Shown: positions 36,259 through 50,085, counted from the whole stretch's first letter. The stretch is DNA of 61,370 nucleotides, filler included, from Choristocarpus tenellus KU-1152 (GCA_964200185.2; 9 parts of 9 records of this genome joined end to end with filler, not necessarily neighbours in it), one strand, 5' to 3'. Translations and numbers: made by a program. Notes: a model not told the origin generated them from the letters alone.

Positions 36259-39200
36259 CTGCATTGAAAAGAGCAATTTGTGCTTCTCAAACAGCCCACG
36301 GCAGGTGTACTGATAGACGGAGAGAGTGTGGTACTTGTTAATCACGTTACATCGATCCACTACACCATCCTCGTCTCCAGTGCGACTGGCCTCGATTGAT
36401 GAATTGAAGAGATCCACGTAGGCATCCAGGGAGAACTGGAAATTGGTGTTTGGGGGTTGATGAGTTGGAGTAGCATTCTTCCTATCTCAGACTAGTACAG
36501 AATATGGAGTAGCAAAAACAAAGACAAGGCGTTGCACTGTTCTTGTAGAGATTTTTTGGGTGGGGAGTCAAAAACAGTTAGCCACTCGTGCAAGGGACAA
36601 CCTAAAGCCCAGGATGAGCTGAAAAAGAGATTGAGGTTGGGGGGTGCTTGAAGTTTGATGGGCTTGTTTGGTGGCCTGCACATTTCCCCCTTCACATGTT
36701 CTGATGTGGATGGGTTACCTTGTATCGTGCTGGATCCATTTTTCAGAGTACTGTCTATAATTCGTCTGCGGAGCACCTTTCCTTCTGACTTAAGAAATAA
36801 AATCTTCATAGTGAGTGACCTATGGAAGGACTTAGAAGGTTTTTTGTGCTAGTATAGGTTTTCATCTTGCAGCACAAGCTTGAGGATATGTAGGAAGCTC
36901 ATGGGAGGGGATATAATACCTGGTACATGTGATCCATACGACCTAAGTCATCCAAGACGAAGTATGCCACACTGGCGCGTATTGCGGCTGGTCGATAGCC
37001 CTCACGCGCATTATTGATCTTTACTGCCGTTTCTTCAGCAATCTATCAAGAATATGTCAAAAATGTGAGCAAAGTGGAGGCGAACAGGAGTTTTTGATGT
37101 GTCTTGTCCTAACAAGCAAATTATGGTTAATGTTGAAATATGGGGAGAATGTAGATGTCGTCTTTGTTCAAGTCCTAGCCCCATTGAGAAAAAATATGGC
37201 TCAAAATCATCACATAAAATGTAGGTATCGACAATTCTTCAAATCTGACAATGTCTTAGATACACTTGGATCGGCTTGGGTAGGGAAGGCTCCCCAAAGC
37301 GGGACAAATTAATGTTGATTGGGGTACATGCACGTGCTTGTTTCGACTGTGCCCGGTAGTGACTGGGTAGGAAACTAATAATCTTATCAACTATTTCCTC
37401 TGCATTTTTTGGTCCTAATGACAAAACTGCGTCAGCCCTCTTACACTTTATCATGAGATGTGAAATGACCACCTTCTAATAACGTACGCTGTGAGATTGT
37501 CACTCATTCTGGGTTATGTATGTGCGAAAAAAATACTTCTGAAAAATCACTAAAATCAGTACATTATTTTCTGACATACCTGAAGTTGCTGAGTAACTTC
37601 TTCTGAAATGGTTTTGGATTCCTGAAGCGTGTTGACGAGATTGATATCATCTAGGAGGGAGCCTGTAGACTCCGACAGGAGTCGAAGGATCTCATCCTCA
37701 AGATCGACAAGCTTTTTCTTGCCCGTTGCAACCTGGACAGAGAGACAAGTGCATGGAAATGTTCCTCTAAACACTTCCTTGACTTCACACCGGGTTTGTC
37801 ATCATATAATACATTGGTGGCATATCAACACCATCTTTACAACCCCACAACTACTGCTACATAGCTATTCAAGACATTTAAAATGACAGATAAATGTGAT
37901 CATTACAGAATTCGTATAGCACAACATTGGATGGCATGAAAAGATTCAAAGTCAACATAAAATTTTCCATGCTTGCCAACCTTTAGCGTGAGCTCTGAAG
38001 ACTGCTCCTCAAGCGAGGGCTGCTCTTTTTGCACTACAGTACCAAGCAACTGCGCCTCCAGTCCTAGCTGTTTCACGCTGAAGTTCACAACTGTTGTCTT
38101 CGTTGAAACCTGCTCCAGATAGAGAGTTTGACATTTTCGTGTTTGGAAGCGGTCGCAAACACATCCTCCATGTGCATTACGCATTACGTGTCAAATTGTT
38201 CCTCCGTCAGTCAGCACATGACTCACCTTCTTAATATAGCTCTTTGAAAAAGTTCTCATCAATCGAGAAGAGCATTGCACCAATAAAGGTTCTAAGCTAC
38301 CAATGAACTAGCGTTCATTTTTTCTTATAGTTCGGTTCGATTTGGACAATGTTCCATCAAATGCATGCACCAGCTACCAACACATCTTGGCCAAAATCGG
38401 ACATGACTGCTACTATCGTACCTCTGGTGTGTAGTGTGGATTACCAAGTTTTGTGGTAATGTAGAGTCGGAAGTCGTGAGACCAATCAAGCTCCTTGTCT
38501 CCTAGTTTGATAACCTCCCGGTTTCCCTGCTTGATTATTGCTTTGGACAGGACTGGCTCAATTGAGGGATCTAGTTCCTCAAGTACATCCTGAGAAATAA
38601 CAGTTTGGTTTCCGGAAGTTACTAATAGGTGTTGTACTGTAGGTATCAACCTCTGCTGGAGAGATGAAAGTACCATAATCTTCAATGGTGCTTTATGTTG
38701 GACTAGTTAACTCCCTCTGTAGTTTGGCTGTATTACTGCAAGCAGATGTTCAAACAAGGCAAAGCGATAAACATTTGAGACATATTTGCTGGGTTACATG
38801 TGACATCCAATATTTGGTGAGATCCTCTTGGAGAGAGTGAAAACTCAAGCCTGGTACATTACCCAGTCAGTCAATAGGGGGGTGGAGGACCATCTAGGAG
38901 AATTTCTAAAACGGAATTGAGATGTATTTTTGCACTTACTCAAGTGCTATGAGGTATTGTATTTTTCATGTCCAGCCTCTAAGTTTTGGTGTATTTGGAG
39001 ACTAATTAGCTCTAATAGAGGAGACTAATTAGAGCACCTGGAGGAGGCACGGAAGGCCGTACTGTATGCAATTTCCCATTTGTCGCAAGAAGTCCTTCGT
39101 GTTGAGGTCAACTACACTGAGGTTTTCCCCCTCCATAGCCTTGATCCATTTATTTGCCTGCAATTTTATTTCAACACGTTGGTGATGGTTTTCGAGGATT

Positions 39201-41618
39201 TCATCACTCAAATCTGTCACTCGTTTTTTGAGTAGTCAGAAAGAAGACTTGAAACTTGATGCTAAACAACGTCATTCCATGCCTTCTCCTCCACTAGATC
39301 GTTATATTCATTTCTGGCATACATGTACAGTAGTGCCTAAGTCACCATTTGAACATGAAAAACAAAGGAAACAAATGTACTCTGGAGTATATCGCTTGCT
39401 CTAGACTTGCATCACTTCTACTATTCTCTACCTGCCCCTGGGGATCGATCATCAGTGGCCAACGGCTACCCCTGGTGACCATCACGCCATTTTCGGTACT
39501 GAAATCATCCTTTGGTAGGCCCTGAAGGAGGGAAGCAAGTTGGCAAGAATTGGGAAGAATAACGAGATGAAGAAATGCATTGAAATCACCATCACTGATT
39601 TAGGGCTCTTCCATCGCATGCTAGAATGGAGGTGGAAATTGACCTGAATTTGTTAGGTGCAGCGGAACACAAGGGAAATGACGTTGAACAGAGCTTTGTC
39701 AGTCCTTACAGATTTTGGAAGGACATACAAAACTATGCTGTGAGTTTCACACTCCATCCCTGCCCACACTCCTGCATTTGCACTGCCTTCCTTACCTGGA
39801 TATTCCAAGATCGTACATCTGTGGGCTTGGCAAGAAAATTGGTGAAGCAAAACCCCTCTGTAGATGGCACGTCTTGAGTCACAACATCAGACATCCAACC
39901 TGATACAAGGTTATTCCTGTGCAATGGGAAGAAAGAAAATGCAGGTGTTGTTTATTATTGATAGTACCTGGTACAATTTATGGCGTCATATTTGTAATGT
40001 ATTACAGGGTAGTAGGTACTTTATTGTAGGACTCTACGAGGAGAGAACATTCCACCGGAAATTTCACCCACTGAGTAGACAATGAAACTACTACTAACAA
40101 CAAAATGCATCGATCTTACTGAAGAATATTTCGTGTTGATACAGTGGTATACCGTGATGATGGCTCTTTCATTTCCAAATTCCTTGCTTCTCTTAAAGTA
40201 CTCAAGTATCACCAAGTCATATTTTCAAGAGGCCATATATTTTGTCGTGCCTATAGATTGTGTCGAACGGCCCAGCATATGATAGAAAGGCTGCTGCGAC
40301 TAGGGAGTCACCCACGAGCTTATTTATTTGCCCCTCCAGCGTCCCAATACTGACTTGCCACCTCACATACTCCCCACCCAGCCCGTTCACAAGTTTGTCT
40401 GCTCTCTCAAGTTTATCCTATACATACATGGGAAGTTTTGACGCAAGAAGGAGGGAAGCATGGAATAAGGAAGGAGGTTACTAGGGAGCACAGTCTGGCA
40501 ATAAGGTATTCTTCAAAACATGGAACATGGAATCTACTACTGGAGAAGCCTACAAATATGTGCATCATTCACTTGGAGTGTTCATAATATTTGAAGTTTG
40601 ATCCACTTGATCCACTTTTCCTCACAGTAATGCCAAACGGACAAATAACTACAGATTATTAGGTAGGGGATACAATTCAAAATAAAAATTGGGCAAGTAG
40701 AATGACATATGTAGCATTTAGAATGGAATAATGTGTTAGTTCAGCAACCTTCACTACCCCCTCAATCTGATTTTTTTTTAAATCTTCATGGTAGTTCATG
40801 GAACCTCGAAAAAGGGATGTAGGGTGGTCAGGCTATGTCATCATTTTCGAAAATAAGGCATAGTGGGCATGTCCATTCAGGACGCATAAGTTATCATGAC
40901 TTCTTTGCAGAACTAGGACTCGATAATGAATTGGTCAGGGCTCCATTAGGCATTTGCATGTCAGTGGATACCTGGAGCATTTGAGACTCCTCCATTAGGG
41001 CGTTTTTCTCCCCCACTGAGTCATCGTATCTCTTCTTGAGCAAGTCCACCTGTGAAACATGTTGTTCAAACCAGGCGGTGGTGGTGACAACTTCCATGTA
41101 TTGTGTGGGCCAGGCACGTGTTTACAATCTGTTTTGTACTATCTCCGTAGAGGTATTGGCAAATGATCATTGTGGTAGGGAACCTACGTCACTCAAGCCG
41201 ACATTCAGTTGTTTTTTTTTAGAGAATTTAACATGCAAGGTCTTGGTAACTAGGCAGCTTTCACCTTGGCAATAACCTCTGCTAGCTGCTCCTGAGCAGC
41301 CTTAAGTCCTGCCTGCTTCTGGATCAGTAGGTCCTATTGATTGGGCCGGCAGGGGATGTGTACGAAACGGTCATATGCAGATTTTGAATTAAATGTGTGG
41401 AAGGTACTGTCATACAAGTGCAGTGGTCGTTTCATTTCCACTTTCATCTACCCCAGTGAATTGTTTGCAAGGAAACTCCATCCCGCCCTTTACACGTCCC
41501 AATGGCAGACCTGGGCCTCCTTCAATCTGGCTCGCTTTGGTGCAACATCCTTGGTGACATTGGCATAGATATAGATTGCGTGCACCCATACACACAGTGC
41601 TGCCGCTGCTGTTGATAC
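36259..41618 (-). CDS. Axonemal dynein heavy chain, inner-arm I1/f beta (DNAH2-like); internal fragment from stalk through AAA5
   Basis: About 12 exons, including [103 protein letters not shown] and [13 protein letters not shown]. Confidence 0.95.
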
Positions 41619-41693
41619 CTGGCACCCCCGTATCAGGCAGAAACAAGGCAACATAATCCAGAGTGTATGAAGGGCTTGGAGTTTCTGGAAGAG

Positions 41694-41793
41694 NNNNNNN
41701 NNNNNNNNNNNNNNNNNNNNNNNNNNNNNNNNNNNNNTTAATTAATTAANNNNNNNNNNNNNNNNNNNNNNNNNNNNNNNNNNNNNNNNNNNN
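41694..41793. other. Artificial contig linker
   Basis: N44-TTAATTAATTAA-N44. Confidence 0.98.
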
Positions 41794-41902
41794 GTTGGGT
41801 TTGGTGGGGGGGTAATGTTAGGGTCCTCCCCCCTGTCGGGGCCCAAAGGGGCCCGCTGGTGTTGGCCCCCCCCCCCCCCCCCCCCTCCCAGATACTGTGA
41901 GC
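41794..41902. mobile_element. MITE family A fragment at contig start
   Basis: Degenerate reverse-complement interior, poly-C, CAGATACTGTGAGC. Confidence 0.7.
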
Positions 41903-42276
41903 TATATCCGTGGTCAGTGATCGCATTTTGCACACGAGTACCACCACTCCTGTGTTAAATACATGTACAAATATTTGTCGTACCACCCACCCACCTGTCT
42001 ATGAAATAATAAAAATATTTGTACTTTTAACTCTCCTATCTGCAAAAGATGTACAAATAAATGGTTCCCTGGTACAAACACATTGATTTGAATCCCTCCA
42101 CATGATTTGCCCTGTGAGCACAGTTTTTTAATAAATCGCAGTGTGTGGATTTCTCAACGTCTCATCTTATGGTTGAAGGACTTGTCTCACATCACTCTGA
42201 GTCAAAGTAAAATGAGAGAGGTACTCAGAGTTGCATTTCAAGGATGTTGACAAATAATTGCAAATTCTTCTTTTTT

Positions 42277-42455
42277 GACCCAAAGTATCTTTGGGGGGGG
42301 GGGTTCTACACCAGGGTGTCCATTTGGGTCATGACCAGGAAAAATGCGCTTACATTATCCGTCTGACGTATGCAACCAAATGACACAAAAATCGCGACAT
42401 TAAAAAATTGATCCCAAATGGACAGCTGACACCCCCCCCCCAGATACTTTGAGCC
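42277..42455. mobile_element. MITE family A, complete copy
   Basis: GACCCAAAGTATCT...CAGATACTTTGAGCC; flanks TTTT/TTTA (imperfect TSD). Confidence 0.9.
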
Positions 42456-42877
42456 TTTATTCAAATGTGTATATGATGTTTTCTGCATTGTGCCAGATAG
42501 TTTTATATAATAGAGAAGTAAACACTCTCGAGTCAAACTTAGCTCTTCATCCATAGAAACAAGGGTGAATCACAAAATATTGAAAGACAGACTTAAAATG
42601 CAAATCAGCAAAAACCTGGGTAAATCTCGTTGACTTTTACTCTCTCAGAAATATCTATGAGTACAAACAATTCGGATCCACAAATGAAGAATTAACTCCT
42701 ATATCTAGATTTGTCAGGATGTGCCCTAACATGGACAGCTCAGGTTTATTACAGAAACGACCATTGATTTTTTTACCACAAATCGGATTCCATTTGTCCG
42801 TTTGCAAACATCTCCTTGTGGTGACACCACCATTCCCCTTCCCCTCCCTCTGTCGACCTTTCTCTTGTCACTTTCAG

Positions 42878-45754
42878 CTCAACGACAATAACCCCACAAG
42901 CTGGATGAATCCATCCAACCTCATGGATGCATTTGTGGAGCAGGAGCTGCGCAATGAGCCTAGCACTGCTGCGGATGAGATCTTTGGCAACTCTGAGCTG
43001 ACCCTAACTAGGAAAGCTATGTATAAGGTGAGATCAGTACTGCCCAATTTCCACCTTCCCCTTCCCAGTCACCCAAAGTATACGACAGGTAACCAGGGTT
43101 GCATTTTAGATGATGGCAAACATGTGTGAAATTCGGCTTAGTGCAAAAATATGTGTGGGGTATATTCTGTTTGATTTTTTTTCTTCAGAAAGGCTTCGAA
43201 CAACAGAGAAATCAACGCTCACAAGTCAATATTAGTACTTCACTGATAGAAATAAAGGTGGCTTGCAAAAGATGAAAAAAGTGGATTGACATTCAAAACG
43301 GTCAAAGCCTGGGTACCTCTTGTTTACTTTGACTCAGTGAGCTATTGCTGTCAGGCTCAAACTATCTGCGGGGGCGGGCAGTGGCCGTCCACTTGGGTCC
43401 CATTTTTTCATGTCGCGATATTTTGGTGAATTTTGTTGCATGTGTCGGATGGATAACGTAGGTGCAATTATTCTCCTGGTCAGGGCCTGAATGGACACCC
43501 TGGCGAAGACCCCCCCCCCCCAGATACTTAGAGGCTCTGCTGATTCTACTCTCCGGAACAGAGGCAGTATGTCCCCTATCATGCCCTGCGCATTTTGCAT
43601 AAGGACATGGCTGAGGTTCAGGCCATTGATATTTTATCACTGGTATTCAGAACACTTCAAGTATTACCCATCCTGCTCCTCACTACCCAATTGCATGTTT
43701 GTATGTGATTACATCATTCTTTTTCAGGGTCAATCTCTTGTGCAGAGGTGTAAGCAGTTGAATACCAGCAGGAGAACATTTCGTCGCAATTGGAAAGGTG
43801 GTGACAAGGACAAACGCCAACTAAGTGCTGCCCTATCCAAGGCAAAGGACAAGGAGGCTGATCTCGTTGGAAAGTGGAATGAAGCACAGCTGGAGTTGTT
43901 CAATGGGAAGATAAAGGTGTGTGGTATATTTCCCATGTGTGTGGAAGATGGGTCACCTCTCTCAAGTGCCGTGTTGGGTAAGGAGTAGAGTATCTACAAG
44001 AAGGAAAACAATTGGTTGCAGGGGTTGCAGGGGTTGCAGCCTGGAACTACTGCACATGTGTAGTGTCAGATTGTGTAAGGGATTAGGTGGTGATGGTAAT
44101 GCTTATGGCAGGGCATATACTTCAGTAGAGTCAGATATTGAGTGGATAACGGTAGGAGGGAGGGAGACAAGATGTATGAGGACTGAGACCGGGCAGTTGC
44201 CCTAGCACATTGGTAATTTGTGTGTGTGAGGATGAGTTGTAGGGTGCATTTTTTGCATGTATAAGGAAGGAAAGTTGTTGGGACTTGTTACTTGGAGTGC
44301 ATCAACGCAGAGTGCTGATCTAGGCAATATTGAACATGGTATTTGTGGGTTGAAATGTGAGCTGGTTCAATACATTTGTACTTGAAGTGCTACATTCAGA
44401 GGTTCATAGAGATTGTATCGGTGCTTTTGTGCCATGCCTACTATAGTAAATCGTTTGTGGCAACACTGATATTGTAGAAGGCTAAGTGAATTTCATGTAG
44501 GGACCCTGTTCATATAAGTTTTCCTTGTCGAGGAAACTCGCCCCAAACCCCGTTGAAATCCTTCACAATACCTAAATATCTCCGTTAAAGACCAGTAGCC
44601 ATTTTCGAAGCAACAGTGTTTGAACAAAGGACATAGGACGCCTCTCCACCCTCAGATGACCCTTGTCCACAAACATTTTCTATTACTAACCTAACACTAG
44701 ATTGCCATGCTGAAGAGCGTGCAGAGGACTATTCAGGAGGAACGCAGGATCCTCCGTCAAATAGGACAGGTGAAGCAATATTGTATTATTGCACTAGATT
44801 GTATCTCTCTTGCACTCAAATTCTTTGAGGAAATCAGTGTACAGTCTTGGAGCAAGAACATCTGAAATTGGAAAGAAGCAGATATAGTATGTTCTATGTA
44901 TGGTTTAAGTGCATTGATGAGCTGTAGACCTTCACGTGTTTTTTTGTGATTTCAGCATTTTTGATGTTGAAACGTATCTAGTTTTAGAATAGACTGCACC
45001 AAGTACTTATGCCTTTGTTATTTGGATGTGAGTAGAAAGTTGAGATGGGAGCGGGCAGTGCCAGCTGCTAGTCAAGCCTCCATTTGCCCCGTACCCCTGT
45101 CCCGGTGTATAATGCATTTGTAAGGGGATATCAGCAAGGGGGAGTAAAAGTTTACTAGATTTACCCAGAAGGATGGTGGGAAATATGTGGGAAATTTAAC
45201 CTTTAAAAAAACTCGAGTTAGAAATATTCTGTGTTCTGTCAAAATTATTTAAACAACAGAGAAAGAAACCTCAAGTTAAACTTAGCACCTAAATTAAAAC
45301 TTGGGTGGAATCGCAAAAATCGAAAAACTGTCTCAGGATTGATATTGGAGGTCTCTGTCCATTGACCCCTTGGGAAAAAAAAGATCTGACCATTAGGTAC
45401 TTTCCATGTTGAAATTCTTTGTGCTATTAACTCCTCTGACCCCCCCAACTCCTTCCCATTCATGAAAAAATTGTGTTCAAAATTGCTAATAAGATGTACC
45501 AGTTCCGAAAAGTATGTGCTTTCAATGTATGTACTTTGGCGGTATATGGTGTGCAGGAATAGTGGCAAATGCTTTTTTGCAGGTATTGCCGAACCTCATC
45601 ACACCCACAGACACACTCACATACACGATGCTTGACACACCTAAAACAGCACTTACACCTCTACGTCACCCTCATTGTCATGTGTAACTTCTCAATGAAG
45701 GCCCAGTTGGAGGCGGGGAAGAAGGACACAGAAGCTGCTGCACGGACTGCACAG
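42878..45754 (+). CDS. Internal exons of an unknown coiled-coil protein
   Basis: Phase-0 GT-AG exons 42878-43027, 43728-43916, 44701-44769 and 45701-45754; charged, helical sequence. Confidence 0.6.
43354..43535. mobile_element. MITE family A, intronic, reverse orientation
   Basis: GGCTCAAACTATCT...CCCCAGATACTTAGAGGC. Confidence 0.85.
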
Positions 45755-45996
45755 GTGAGAGACAATAAATCATCACAGGTGCTATTTGAAACCAAGCAAA
45801 ACAAAACAGAAAATATTCGGAAGTAGATTTGAATGGTTACCCAATTGACCATATCTACAAAAACACATAAAACCTGTTTGGCTATCACAAACTATATTAC
45901 TTTCTCCAACTCCTACAGAAAGGCCTTTTTCTTCCACACTATGCATTTCCTCTGTCCAGGACCCCATCCATCTCCCAATCCCATGAACTAATCTCT

Positions 45997-46260
45997 GAGT
46001 CAAAGGATTCCAGAGGTTAGGGATGCATCCGTTCGGGGTCCAAAATCCAATGTTGCGATTTTCTAAGATGTCCTTTTGGTTATCGAGTTTGTTAACAAGT
46101 GTCAATATCCTTGCTCCGGACACACCTTTCATAGCCATATACATTTTGCCTACTCCAAAATGTTTTGAAAAACGAATAAGGACTCCAAACCCCCAGTGGG
46201 AAGTCAAGCCCCGAACAGACAAACAGGGCAAACCTCCTACCCTCCTAAATACTTTGGGTC
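45997..46260. mobile_element. MITE family B, diverged, reverse orientation
   Basis: GAGTCAAAGGATT...AATACTTTGGGTC; TSD CTCT on both sides; interior is the reverse complement of the 30232 copy. Confidence 0.85.
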
Positions 46261-46471
46261 CTCTGGGGAATTTTCTCATCCCAATATTCATGTTCATACA
46301 AACTACTACTACAGACAAAAGTTGGTAACACTAAGAACCCACCAAGTAGACAAACTCTGTAGTAGTAGGAGTTGACAAAGGAGGGTAAAATTACTTCTTC
46401 GAGAAATTTGCTAGTTTGCTTCTGCCTTATTCCTGTCCTTGAGAATATCATCTTTGCGTGAAATATCAATG

Positions 46472-46571
46472 NNNNNNNNNNNNNNNNNNNNNNNNNNNNN
46501 NNNNNNNNNNNNNNNTTAATTAATTAANNNNNNNNNNNNNNNNNNNNNNNNNNNNNNNNNNNNNNNNNNNN
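46472..46571. other. Artificial contig linker
   Basis: N44-TTAATTAATTAA-N44. Confidence 0.98.
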
Positions 46572-46572
46572 G

Positions 46573-47378
46573 GTGCCAGGGAACGTGTACGGTCATGGCG
46601 TGAGGCCAAGTGAGAACCGTGACAGTTCCACAACCCAGAGGGGCAAGCCTTCCGAGGAGGGCGAAGTCCGGGGTTCTAGGACACTAATTACGAAAAAGGG
46701 GGCAAGAGAAGGTGCTGGACAGACGAGGCCTTTCAAACAGCCTGTTGATCCTGATGGAAGCGCATTAGAACCTGGCTTCCTCGACGATGTCTTCGCTTCT
46801 GCCAAAATGGACAGATGGATGGTACATCCATGTTCACCCACATCGAGGGACGACGATGACGACCGAAGATCATCTCGTGGTGAGGAGGATAGCGTCACAC
46901 AGGACGCGGCTGACTCCGGCGATGCATCTGATGTGGGGATCACCGAAGCCTTCATGGAGGCGTGGGTCACCGAGCTCCTCCTACGATGTGCAATGAAACC
47001 TGCTTCTGCACAGTATCGAGTGCAGACGCAAATCCTAACCCAAGTCATTTATGATCACGGGTTCAGGCTCGTGGAGGCTGGTAAAGGGGCCGCTTCTCTT
47101 ATTTTGGGGGAGACGAGTGCTACGTCCATGGGCCCACACAGATGAAAATCGGGGATCGTGGAGGGAAGGCAGGCAACACATTGCACCCCGAGCATGTTGA
47201 AGCGCTCCAGGCGAAGAAGGCTATCTTCTTGAGCCTCGTGAAGTCCGAGCCTTGGAACGCCAGGTACTCCACGCGCCTAAATCTGTGGCACCTTCTTGTC
47301 GAGGCATACCCTAAGCTCACAGAGTGGTGGGAGAAGGGTGACGAATGCAATTTCGAGTCCGCCCAGCAATTGAAATAG
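46573..47378 (+). pseudogene. Intronless coding-like stretch (two ORFs overlapping at ATGA), unknown, possibly element-derived
   Basis: GC-richer 190-aa and 78-aa ORFs joined by a one-base frame change at 47142-47145; 5' end cut by linker. Confidence 0.35.
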
Positions 47379-48157
47379 GGCTTCGATCGTTCCATTTTTC
47401 TGTTGAAGTTTGGGTAGAGTTGCAGCTTGTGCAGATTTCTGCATCAGTGTATATTTCCATGGTGCCCGACTCTCATGTTCATGCACTTTGCATCCCACAA
47501 GTTATGTATTTGGATAGTGGAACAAAAGATACGTAGCTACCGGTCAGAGTTGTCTGCGTATCATATATCATACCCACGTTGAGGATCAGACCTGTCTTAT
47601 CATTTGCTTTAAAAAGCGTGTCTGCTACAATGTTACAGCCCTAAAATATAAACATCGATCAAACAACTCTTCTCCATCCGCGGGGATAACCTTTCCAAAC
47701 GATTCGCCAAGGGCAGCGATGAATACCCTGTCCTTCTGTGAGCCATTATTTATTCCTTGTACTCGATAATCACCTCCCCCTATTCTTTTCAATACTGTAT
47801 GCACCACCTCTTGTTTTGCCCAACTGTCGACGAACTAGCTTCGATCAAGTGTAGTCATTCGAATCGTAGGGGATCATACGCCTAACTAAGTCCACCCACG
47901 ATGCCCCTAACCACACCACCAGCCCAGATCCTGTGGAAGTGTACCTTGAACTGCTTTCCTCGGAACATACGACAATATTCCTTGACCAATAACCACTCGT
48001 ACACACTATGTATTCCGTCTACACCTTTTCCCGTACCTCATACCAACAACTTCAACCCTAACACCCTCAGCGACGACAACCACGTCTTACTGCATACAAC
48101 ATCCAACACATGTACACAAACAAAAGTAAGTGATAGATTTAAACTGTGCAAGAAACA

Positions 48158-48414
48158 GAGCGAAGGTGTCTTAAAGGGCACGAGTTTTGCCCCGATTATC
48201 CCTTTAGTGCTTGACTTCTAACGCCTTTTTGATGACATTTACCTACTCTGAAACGTTTCTAACAAGGAACATATATACGTATGAAAAAGGTGCGTCCAGC
48301 ACAACGATATTGACACTTGCTAACCCACACGATAGCCAAATATACACCAAAATCACAATTATGGTGTTTGATCCCCATTTCGACACCGCTCTACTCTCTA
48401 AGACACTTTAGCTC
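48158..48414. mobile_element. MITE family B, diverged
   Basis: GAGCGAAGGTGTCTTAAAGGG...CTCTCTAAGACACTTTAGCTC; interior GATATTGACACTTGCTAAC shared with other B copies. Confidence 0.8.
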
Positions 48415-48840
48415 CGTATGTTTTGGTTCCTCATGCACAGGTCGAGAGAACAGACCCAAACCGACAATCCTCTATGTGTACGTTTCATAAACAGCCGATG
48501 CAAGCAAATAAACGAACAGAGTAACCCCGAGGCAGACAATATTATTTTTTTCTATTCCTCATAAACAATATCACACCCTACCCGACAACCCTCTTTGGGT
48601 GCTAACCAAATCCCAGTAATGCAAAAAAAAAAAACCCTGGAACAGCCTACCAAGTATATCTCATGTTCTTCATCATAACTGCGCGACCAACACACATAAA
48701 CCAATAAACCTATTTGAGCAGACTCGACATCCGACACATGCAAACGTCCAAACTTCTCCCCCAATCAAACCCAATTATTAAATGGTGGCATATATCCCTG
48801 CCGTCCTTGCGTACGCAAGGACATAAATTATTTGGATAAC

Positions 48841-48962
48841 CAACAGTCTTCTTTTTGCTGACATTTCAAATCCGACACGTGCAACCAAATCACACCAAAA
48901 AGGGACAAATCCAAAAATAGTGAAAACCGGACGCCGGCACCCCCCCTAAGATACTTTGACCT
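48841..48962. mobile_element. Right part of an element matching the 422-576 copy
   Basis: Shared TTTTGCTGACATTTCAAATCCGACA..TGCAACCAAATCACACCAAAA and terminal AGATACTTTGACCC. Confidence 0.8.
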
Positions 48963-49330
48963 TTATTTTCCTCTTTTCTATGTTGTAATAACTCTCTGTG
49001 ATCTTGAATCCTCTATTTTTTATATTTTCTATATCTCACTTCTGTTTTTCTAATATTTATTTATTTATTTTAGTTCTCATCTCATCATCCAGTGAATTTT
49101 AATTTCATTTTTTTTCATAGTTGTTACTCTCCTTGTTTACCGACTTATTTCTTTTCTTTTTTTCTTCATACTTTTTGATCTTTTCTTTTATTATATTTTT
49201 ATTCAGTTCCACTTTGTTACCCTCATCATCCACATATTTTTTTATCTTCTATTTATTGCCAGTTTTTTTTAATTATTAGTACTATTTGTTGCTCTCATTG
49301 GTCCTTTATTTATTTATCTCCATTTTTGTC
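48963..49330. repeat. T-rich low-complexity tract
   Basis: Strong T bias with very little G. Confidence 0.7.
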
Positions 49331-49965
49331 ATTGCCTGTTTTGCGCACTAGCAGCCTTGAGTATGCTTTGTTCTTGGGGGGCACAGGACAGGCAATAATC
49401 AGATACCGAGTAGATCATGAATAATATAAGTCTAATCCTTGATAGCACTTACATCTATCTATATAGCCGGGAAGATTGGAACGGAAGACGATGAATTGTA
49501 TGCCCAATCAGAGCTATGTATATTGTAACTTTTGAAGGTCCAGTTCAAAAGAAATAAGTGTATACTTGGAATAGGGGAGACAATTTAATGGAGATTGCAT
49601 TGTGTGACCTTATGGACACCTTGAAGGGAATGTAGATAAATAATCACATTTATGATTAGAGTGATTGGAACTGGGGACCCATTCATTTTAGGCCATGTCA
49701 GAGATACATACTTTGTAATTTTTGAAGGTGTGTTTCAGAAAGAGCAAAGGTATACTCGGACTAGGCCAGGGGCAATCTGACTCTAATGGTATTCTGTGAC
49801 CCTTGGGAAAATTTTCCCCGGTTAAACAAGGATATTTGTCGACCTGTTTTGGGGCTAGTTGGAGTTATATATATTTTTTAATAAAAGCATATGCTCTTAT
49901 CTGGTCAGACATATATTGATCTTGGCTGTGCCTTACGACCTTTGGGGATCCTTTCTACAAGGAAA

Positions 49966-50065
49966 NNNNNNNNNNNNNNNNNNNNNNNNNNNNNNNNNNN
50001 NNNNNNNNNTTAATTAATTAANNNNNNNNNNNNNNNNNNNNNNNNNNNNNNNNNNNNNNNNNNNN
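49966..50065. other. Artificial contig linker
   Basis: N44-TTAATTAATTAA-N44. Confidence 0.98.
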
Positions 50066-50085
50066 CCCCCCAGATACTTTGACCC
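50066..50085. mobile_element. MITE right TIR at contig start
   Basis: CCCCCCAGATACTTTGACCC. Confidence 0.75.

Noticed and set aside
10905-50065. Periodic TTAATTAATTAA palindrome as a biological site, and gene clusters spanning it (e.g. kinesin plus dynein)
   Set aside because: Identical N44-12mer-N44 spacers are artificial joins, so adjacency across them is not evidence of linkage.
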